Shown here one piece after another: positions 21,920 through 32,000 of a stretch of 32,000 nt of DNA. The notes under the pieces are model-generated. The model worked only from the letters and a program-made list of their open reading frames with translations, had not been told where the DNA came from and did no database searches. The stretch comes from Candidatus Hadarchaeales archaeon. GTDB lineage: Archaea; Hadarchaeota; Hadarchaeia; Hadarchaeales; Hadarchaeaceae. The position numbers were made by a program, and so were the translations under genes. Numbering within the stretch: position 1 is the stretch's first letter; each line of letters begins with the position of its first letter. The stretch covers positions 2,811-34,810 of the forward strand of contig JAWBCC010000006.1 in NCBI GenBank assembly GCA_038823825.1, read 5' to 3'.

Positions 21920-22888
21920 GTGATGGTCGGAGAGGAATTCGAAATCTGGGTTGAGAAGTACAGACCGAAGAAACTCGACGAAATAGTCGGACAGGATGAA
22001 GTTGTAGCCAGGTTGAAAACTTTCGTTGAAAAAAAGTCGATGCCCCATCTCCTTTTTGCCGGACCGGCCGGGACCGGAAAAACAACCGCTGCGCTCTGCA
22101 TCGCCCGGGAGCTTTTTGGGGAAAACTGGAAACAGAACCTTCTTGAGCTAAACGCCAGCGATGAAAGAGGGATTGATACGATTAGAACAAAGGTGAAAGA
22201 TTATGCGAGAACCCGCCCAATAGGTGACGTTCCCTTTAAGATCATCTTGCTAGACGAAAGCGATGCCCTCACACCAGATGCCCAGCATGCTCTAAGAAGA
22301 ACAATGGAGATGTACACTCACACGTGTCGCTTCATCTTGGACTGCAACTACTCAAGCAGGATAATTGAACCAATCCAATCGAGATGCGCCGTTTTCAGGT
22401 TTAGAAGACTCACAGACGATGACATAAAGAAAATGCTCAAAAGAATAGAGAAAGCCGAAGGTTTGACGATTGACCCTAAAGCATATGACGCAATTGCCTA
22501 CGCCGCACAGGGAGATATGAGAAAAGCGATAAACATACTGCAGGCTGCGGCCGCGCTCAAAAAGAAGGTCGATGAAAAGTCCGTCTATGCTGTCACATCG
22601 ATGGCGGACCCGAAAGAAGTAAGGGAGATCTTGGACCTCGCTCTAGCCGGAAAATTCTCGGAGGCAAGAGAAAAGCTTCATGATCTGCTAATAGAATCCG
22701 GACTCGCCGGCGAAGATGTGCTCGAACAAATCCACAGACTAGTTTTCGATTTGGACATTCCAGAGGAGAGAAAGGTCGAGCTTGTTGATAAAATAGGAGA
22801 GTTTTCATTCAGGATCGTCCAAGGGGCGAACGAAGTCATCCAGCTTGAGGCCTTTCTCGCCCATCTCTCGTTAATGGGAAAGAGCTGA
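21920..22888 (+). CDS. rfcS: Replication factor C small subunit
   Basis: 322 aa; EKYRPKKLDEIVGQDEV, GPAGTGKTTAALCIAREL, LLDESDALTPDAQHALRRTME, CNYSSRIIEPIQSRC. ATG at 21923, behind AGGTGA, is the likely start. Confidence 0.97.
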   Translation: MMVGEEFEIWVEKYRPKKLDEIVGQDEVVARLKTFVEKKSMPHLLFAGPAGTGKTTAALCIARELFGENWKQNLLELNASDERGIDTIRTKVKDYARTRPIGDVPFKIILLDESDALTPDAQHALRRTMEMYTHTCRFILDCNYSSRIIEPIQSRCAVFRFRRLTDDDIKKMLKRIEKAEGLTIDPKAYDAIAYAAQGDMRKAINILQAAAALKKKVDEKSVYAVTSMADPKEVREILDLALAGKFSEAREKLHDLLIESGLAGEDVLEQIHRLVFDLDIPEERKVELVDKIGEFSFRIVQGANEVIQLEAFLAHLSLMGKS

Positions 22889-22923
22889 TATCATAAATCG
22901 CGGATTTTTGCCGCTATCAACTG

Positions 22924-22937
22924 GAAAAAGAAAAAAT
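22924..22937 (-). terminator. T-rich termination signal downstream of 23S
   Basis: CATTTTTTCTTTTT in the rRNA sense immediately after the 3' processing-stem arm. Confidence 0.5.
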
Positions 22938-22939
22938 GA

Positions 22940-22951
22940 GCCACGCACAGG
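22940..22951 (-). repeat. 3' arm of the 23S rRNA processing stem
   Basis: CCTGTGCGTGGC (rRNA sense), perfectly complementary to the arm at 26014-26025. Confidence 0.75.
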
Positions 22952-22954
22952 AGA

Positions 22955-25993
<3,039 letters not shown>

Positions 25994-26013
25994 TCCACTG
26001 GCCGGGAGCTTCA

Positions 26014-26025
26014 CCTGTGCGTGGC
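26014..26025 (-). repeat. 5' arm of the 23S rRNA processing stem
   Basis: GCCACGCACAGG (rRNA sense), perfect 12-nt inverted match to 22940-22951. Confidence 0.75.
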
Positions 26026-26099
26026 ATCATCTTGCGTTTTGAACGCAATTCGCCATCAGCACAGAGAGCTCGCACTCTCCATGCCTCATCTTCCAGATG

Positions 26100-26172
26100 T
26101 GGACCCGGCGGGACTCGAACCCGCGACCTCCGGCTTGCAAAGCCGGCGCTCTACCAGCTGAGCTACAGGCCC
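26100..26172 (-). tRNA. tRNA-Ala (anticodon UGC) in the 16S-23S spacer
   Basis: GGGCCTGTAGCTCAGCTGGTAGAGCGCCGGCTTTGCAAGCCGGAGGTCGCGGGTTCGAGTCCCGCCGGGTCCA folds as a cloverleaf with the G3-U70 alanine identity pair and discriminator A; no intron. Confidence 0.98.
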
Positions 26173-26178
26173 TCCGAG

Positions 26179-26192
26179 GGTTCGGTAACCCC
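26179..26192 (-). repeat. 3' arm of the 16S rRNA processing stem
   Basis: GGGGTTACCGAACC (rRNA sense) pairs with 27748-27761 (13 Watson-Crick pairs plus one G-U). Confidence 0.8.
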
Positions 26193-26211
26193 CTCAAAGG
26201 AGAGGAAACTC

Positions 26212-27704
<1,493 letters not shown>

Positions 27705-27747
27705 TGGCCTGCAAGGCCTTTGGCGGGAGAATACCACTCCTTTTCAG

Positions 27748-27761
27748 GGGTCACCGAACCT
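27748..27761 (-). repeat. 5' arm of the 16S rRNA processing stem
   Basis: GGTTCGGTGACCCC in the 5' leader; complementary to 26179-26192. Confidence 0.8.
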
Positions 27762-27897
27762 ATCTCGGACCCGAGCGTCCAGCTGCCTGGTTTGTTCGGG
27801 CCCACATCTCTGGCAAGTCCACACCAAGAGAGCAATCCCTCACTGCTGGACGATTGTCCAAAGCTCCGGATTGACGCCCCACCGCGCGGTGTGGACC

Positions 27898-27955
27898 AAT
27901 TTAAACCTAAGTACTCTTTGACTTTTAAGTTTTACGCGATATTTAAAGCTCTAGA
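27898..27955 (-). promoter_or_regulatory. rRNA operon promoter region with several TATA-like boxes
   Basis: The minus strand reads CTTTAAATATCGCGTAAAACTTAAAAGTCAAAGAGTACTTAGGTTTAAATTGG, with three AT-rich box A candidates before the 16S leader. Confidence 0.5.
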
Positions 27956-27970
27956 GCCATTTCTAAAAGA

Positions 27971-28147
27971 TCACGGAAATGAAATGGCTCCCTTAGGACA
28001 GGCTGCCTCACATGCCCTGCACTCTAAACAATCTTCTGGTCTTGCCACATCCGCTTTCTCATTAATTATGTCAAAGACATTTGCCGGACAAACTTCTGCG
28101 CACCTTCCACAACCATCACATTTTTTTACATCGACTTCTGGCGGCAA
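27971..28147 (-). CDS. Small 2x[4Fe-4S] ferredoxin
   Basis: Not in the ORF track (58 aa, TTG start). Translation MPPEVDVKKCDGCGRCAEVCPANVFDIINEKADVARPEDCLECRACEAACPKGAISFP*; two CxxCxxCxxxCP motifs; strong SD AGGAGGTGAT upstream. Confidence 0.9.
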   Translation of the reverse strand: MPPEVDVKKCDGCGRCAEVCPANVFDIINEKADVARPEDCLECRACEAACPKGAISFP

Positions 28148-28149
28148 AA

Positions 28150-28347
28150 CTAATCACCTCCTTTTTGCTGTTGAATGAGCGTGCTTATATATCCTGCTAT
28201 TCGGTTGCGGATGGGTTTTCCAAGATGCGGAAGGAGTTCGTCCACGATTTTTTTGTTTTGCTCAAAGTCTGTTCCGAATTTTTCCGGATATTTTTGTAGG
28301 AGTTCCCTCGCCGCCCTCTTTATGAACGTCGTTCTCACACGCCCCAT
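28150..28347 (-). CDS. rps17e: 30S ribosomal protein S17e
   Basis: The track ORF begins at 28452, but family homology starts at MGRVRTTFIKRAARELLQKYPEKFGTDFEQNKKIVDELLPHLGKPIRNRIAGYISTLIQ, ATG at 28347 (65 aa). Confidence 0.92.
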   Translation of the reverse strand: MGRVRTTFIKRAARELLQKYPEKFGTDFEQNKKIVDELLPHLGKPIRNRIAGYISTLIQQQKGGD

Positions 28348-28425
28348 CTGGTCACCTCCAATTGATTGGATGCTCTGCATTTTAACCTTAATCTTTCGGA
28401 GAACTAGGATTTTGGGGATGAATGT

Positions 28426-29160
28426 ATGAGGCTGGTGGATTGCCACGCACACCTCGCGGAGTTGTTAAATCTAGACCAAGAGCTTGAGAAAGCTAAAGAA
28501 GTCGGCGTGCGGGCTATCGTAGCGGTTGGAACAGATAAAACTTCTAATGAAATCGTGAGACGGATTTCCGAAAAGTATCAAGGATATGTATTTCCAGCTT
28601 TGGGGCTTCATCCGTGGAATCTGGGCAACGATATTGAGAAAGAAGTTCGATCGATCGAAAAACACATCGAAGAATGCATCGCGCTTGGTGAGGTCGGATT
28701 GGATTTCAAATATCAGACACCGAGAGAACTGCAGACTAAGGCTTTTTCTCTAATACTCGATCTGGCCAGTCGCTACGATAAACCAATCATAGTACACTCG
28801 AGATGGGCGTGGCGTGAAGCTTTTGAAATGGTAAGGGATGTTGGAATCAAGAGAGCGGTTTTCCACTGGTATAGCGGTCCGCTTGACGTCATGCGAGAAA
28901 TTTTGGCTGAGGGATATTATATTTCGGCAACTCCGGCCGTTGAGTTCAGTGAAGCGCACAAGAGAGCGATTAGAGAAACTCCTCTGGAGAGGTTACTGCT
29001 TGAGACGGATTCTCCTGTGAAGTATCGTGGGGTCCCATCGGGTCCACAAGATATCACAAAAACGCTTGAAGGTGTGGCGCGGCTCAAGGAGGTGGAAAAA
29101 GCCAAAGTCGCAGAAATCACAACAGAAAATGCCACTGAATTCTTTAATATTAAGCTTTAG
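28426..29160 (+). CDS. TatD-family metal-dependent hydrolase/DNase
   Basis: VDCHAHLAELLNLD, ALGLHPWNLG, IALGEVGLDFKY, PIIVHSR, LLLETDSP. Confidence 0.92.
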   Translation: MRLVDCHAHLAELLNLDQELEKAKEVGVRAIVAVGTDKTSNEIVRRISEKYQGYVFPALGLHPWNLGNDIEKEVRSIEKHIEECIALGEVGLDFKYQTPRELQTKAFSLILDLASRYDKPIIVHSRWAWREAFEMVRDVGIKRAVFHWYSGPLDVMREILAEGYYISATPAVEFSEAHKRAIRETPLERLLLETDSPVKYRGVPSGPQDITKTLEGVARLKEVEKAKVAEITTENATEFFNIKL

Positions 29161-30521
29161 CTCTCAGAATTTCGCGCTTGCTGAGACAAAACTTTTTTGT
29201 AATTCTTTGAGATAAGAATAGCTATCTCGGCAACCTCTAGTGGAGATGACCCGAGAATGCGCACCATCGGCTCTTTTCCAATTCCTCCTTCGTCGTAAAT
29301 TATTCTTGGAACTCGTCCTGTTTTCCTCGCTACCTCTTCGACTCCCCAGATCATCGTTTTCACACCACGAGGTTCCCTGCGCCTCTCAAAAGAACCTATA
29401 GACAGTCCGATCTTTCTGCAGATTCTCAGAACATCTTTAGAGAATTTTACGTTTATTCCTGCTCTAATCGAAGGGTCTAGTCTGTGAGCCGCGAGAACTA
29501 AATTCGCAACGTGCTCGGAACCTCCAATCTCCGGGAAACCTGTCACCCTCGGTTTGCCAGAAACCTTCACTATTCTGCCGCTCAGTCCAACCGAACCGCT
29601 TCTATCTTTTGCGCCTAGGATCACCCCCGCGATGTTCACACCAACCTCGGGAATCAATTCGGCAAAAGATGGTTCACTCTCCAAAAGCTTGGCCGCAGCC
29701 CATACTTCGCGCATGAGTTTTCCTATTTCCGCCTCGATGACAAGTTTAGCGGTCGGGTTTACGGGTTTCACACCTTTTCCGACGTCGAGCGAGTTTTCTA
29801 TCGCCACACGTATGAATTCTCTTGCAGATTTCGCAGCATCGATTAGAGATTTTCCCTTTGCAAGCTCCGCGGTGATTGCAGCTGAAAACGAACATCCCGC
29901 TCCGTGAAATCCTCCAGCAGGCATTCTCGGTCCTGCAATCTTCTCGATCCGAGTGCGCGTCACCAGAACATCCACAACGTTTTTCGTCTTGAGGTGTCCC
30001 CCTTTGACAAGTACGGCCTTGGCACCCAGTCCCAATATCTTTCTCGCCGCTCTCTCAACGTCCTTGAGATTTCTTATCCTCACACCGGAGAGTACCTCTG
30101 CCTCCATGATGTTTGGGGTCACGAGTTCTGCTTGAGACACGAGCTGCTTTAGTTCGTTCGAAGCCTCTTCTCTCAGAAGAGAATGACCGGTCGTTGAGAT
30201 CATAACTGGATCTACGACTAATTTTAGATCGTGCTCTTTTGTCCTCCGCCTCACCAAACGGATTGTAGCCGGGCTGTAAAGCATTCCAGTTTTCGCCCAA
30301 CTAACTTCAAAGTCGGAAAGAACTGCTTTCAATTGCGCATCTACGAAATCAGTTGGAACCTCAAGAATTTCATGAACACCGAGCGTGTTCTGAGCAGTCA
30401 AAGCTGTTATCACGGAAAGACCATGCACTCCTAAACTCGCAAACGTCTTGAGATCTGCCTGTATTCCAGCTCCACCACCAGAGTCTGAACCAGCAATCGT
30501 CAGCGCACACGGAATTTTCAT
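29157..30521 (-). CDS. Bifunctional HMP-P kinase (ThiD) / ThiN-type thiamine-phosphate synthase fusion
   Basis: 454 aa; N-term [27 protein letters not shown]; C-term [73 protein letters not shown] (ThiN). Confidence 0.92.
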   Translation of the reverse strand: MKIPCALTIAGSDSGGGAGIQADLKTFASLGVHGLSVITALTAQNTLGVHEILEVPTDFVDAQLKAVLSDFEVSWAKTGMLYSPATIRLVRRRTKEHDLKLVVDPVMISTTGHSLLREEASNELKQLVSQAELVTPNIMEAEVLSGVRIRNLKDVERAARKILGLGAKAVLVKGGHLKTKNVVDVLVTRTRIEKIAGPRMPAGGFHGAGCSFSAAITAELAKGKSLIDAAKSAREFIRVAIENSLDVGKGVKPVNPTAKLVIEAEIGKLMREVWAAAKLLESEPSFAELIPEVGVNIAGVILGAKDRSGSVGLSGRIVKVSGKPRVTGFPEIGGSEHVANLVLAAHRLDPSIRAGINVKFSKDVLRICRKIGLSIGSFERRREPRGVKTMIWGVEEVARKTGRVPRIIYDEGGIGKEPMVRILGSSPLEVAEIAILISKNYKKVLSQQARNSES

Positions 30522-31804
30522 CTTATCACCTCTCCGATAACGTAAGTAGGTCTAGCTTCGATAATCCTTGCTCGAAGAAATTCTCCGAGCTTTGCATCTC
30601 TCAAAAGAACCTGTCGATAACTCGCGTCGCGCAAGATATAACCAGATTTCTCGCCCCTCTCAACAACAAAACCATCCACCTCTCTCCCTACGACCTTCAG
30701 ATTGTTCTCCATTCCTATCTGCATACAGAGGCTGTGAAGTTCCTTGGATCTTTTGCAGATTTCCCGTCCGTCAACCTGCTTCATCTTCGCCGCTTCCGTT
30801 CCAGGCATTGGAGAGAATTTCGAAATATTCACCTTGTCCGGCCTTGTACGCATTATCAGCTTCTTTGTGTTCTCAAATTCCTGTTCGCCCTCTCCGGGAA
30901 AGCCAACGATTATGTCGGTGGAGAGGATTAGATCTGGGATCTCTCTCCTGAACCTATCGACGATTCGCAAAAAATCGTCAACTGTATAGTTCCTTCTCAT
31001 CTTTCTTAGCATCTCATCGTCGCCGCTTTGAACCGGCAGATGGAGAAATTTATAAATTTTCTCGAGCTTGAAGGCTTCGACGAGATCGCCAAGCATGGGT
31101 AAAACATTAGCAGGGTTCATCATCCCAACTCTTATGCGGAAATTTCCTGGGATGAGATTCAGCTCTTCTAGAAGCCTCGGAAGACTTTCGCGGGTGTCCA
31201 GACCGTAGGCAGCCACATCCTGCGCGGTGAGTAATATTTCTCTATAGCCTTTTGCTACAAGATTTTTAGCCTCTTCTAGAATTGACTTCATGCGGAAACT
31301 TCTGAGCTTCCCTCTCGCAAATTTCACGGCACAATATGAGCAGTTTGAAACACAACCTTCGGCTATTTGGATAGCTGCGCTTATTGGGCTCATCCGTTTC
31401 TTCGGCATGAGTGGCTTCTCCGCCGGGCTCGAGATCTTTCTGATAATGTCGGACATTCCTTCTGAAAGTTGCCTGAGGACTTCTGGGAGATCTGAAATAG
31501 ATTTACATGAAATTATGGCATCCGGCTTACCCGCTTTGAGAACCGCTTTCTCATCGATTAACGGAAGACAGCCGGCAACGATCAGTTTCGAGCAGTTACG
31601 CTCGCTCAACAGCTTTATTCTGTGAAGCATGCGCCTATAGGTCGTTCCCTTGACCGCACATGTATTCAAGATAATCACATCGGCTTGTGAAAGGTCATTC
31701 ACTATCTCATGTCCACTACTTTCGGCTAGGCCCAGCATTATCTCTGCATCCACCTTGTTGGCCGTGCATCCGTATGTCTCACAATAGATCCGCATGTGCA
31801 CCAT
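30518..31804 (-). CDS. Radical SAM tRNA methylthiotransferase (archaeal MtaB/CDKAL1-like)
   Basis: 428 aa; [17 protein letters not shown] (MTTase N-domain), [30 protein letters not shown] (radical SAM CxxxCxxC), TRM2/TRAM-like tail. Confidence 0.92.
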   Translation of the reverse strand: MVHMRIYCETYGCTANKVDAEIMLGLAESSGHEIVNDLSQADVIILNTCAVKGTTYRRMLHRIKLLSERNCSKLIVAGCLPLIDEKAVLKAGKPDAIISCKSISDLPEVLRQLSEGMSDIIRKISSPAEKPLMPKKRMSPISAAIQIAEGCVSNCSYCAVKFARGKLRSFRMKSILEEAKNLVAKGYREILLTAQDVAAYGLDTRESLPRLLEELNLIPGNFRIRVGMMNPANVLPMLGDLVEAFKLEKIYKFLHLPVQSGDDEMLRKMRRNYTVDDFLRIVDRFRREIPDLILSTDIIVGFPGEGEQEFENTKKLIMRTRPDKVNISKFSPMPGTEAAKMKQVDGREICKRSKELHSLCMQIGMENNLKVVGREVDGFVVERGEKSGYILRDASYRQVLLRDAKLGEFLRARIIEARPTYVIGEVIR

Positions 31805-31873
31805 TGAAAAATTCTTTTACCCGGTGCTAAATCTTATCGTTACCCAGATTTCTTTTGCTCGGGAATAAGTCGC

Positions 31874-32000
31874 TTAGGCCGAAACTCTCACGTAGAATGT
31901 GTTCGTGTAGTCTCCTGGAACTGCGTCGGCAGGTATGTCGAGTCTCCACTGAATCTGCTTCTGAACATCTTCACCGTAGGAGACATTGCTCCAGACTGCT
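31874..32000 (-). CDS. C-terminal end of a probable surface/secreted protein (rest beyond window)
   Basis: The open frame ending in TAA translates as ...AVWSNVSYGEDVQKQIQWRLDIPADAVPGDYTNTFYVRVSA*, a beta-sandwich-like tail. Absent from the track because it is truncated. Confidence 0.75.
   Translation of the reverse strand, partial: AVWSNVSYGEDVQKQIQWRLDIPADAVPGDYTNTFYVRVSA

Noticed and set aside
28348-28452. 35-aa N-terminal extension of S17e and possible antisense overlap with tatD
   Set aside because: S17e homologues start at MGRVR; ATG 28347 is the natural start.

Overview
This looks like an archaeal chromosomal segment. Support comes from BRE/TATA-like promoters, an archaeal informational gene set (Cdc48/VAT, RadA, multi-OB RPA, RFC small subunit, S17e) and a 16S-tRNA-Ala(UGC)-23S rRNA operon on the minus strand. 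Other content: a dNTP-synthesis cluster (nrdD, dcd, thyX, nrdG-like), an Hsp20-Cdc48 pair, an rpa-radA-phosphatase operon, class II-type HMG-CoA reductase, IleRS, an S17e-ferredoxin pair, TatD, ThiD-ThiN fusion, an MtaB-like methylthiotransferase, and two secreted/surface-type ORFs cut by the window edges. The long left-edge ORF (>=1,234 codons, minus) and the 58-aa ferredoxin are absent from the supplied ORF track. I found no CRISPR array, transposon, prophage or defence island, and no multi-gene cassette I would call an undescribed system. The strongest unusual signal is in the 16S rRNA. The normally invariant archaeal central-pseudoknot pair C19-G916 reads G19-C916, and H24 shows paired C-to-G/G-to-C changes at 783/799 and 784/798. 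These covarying changes look biological rather than sequencing error, and they disrupt several common amplicon primers. The rRNA operon also lacks an adjacent 5S gene. Homology calls come from reading motifs; no database search was run.
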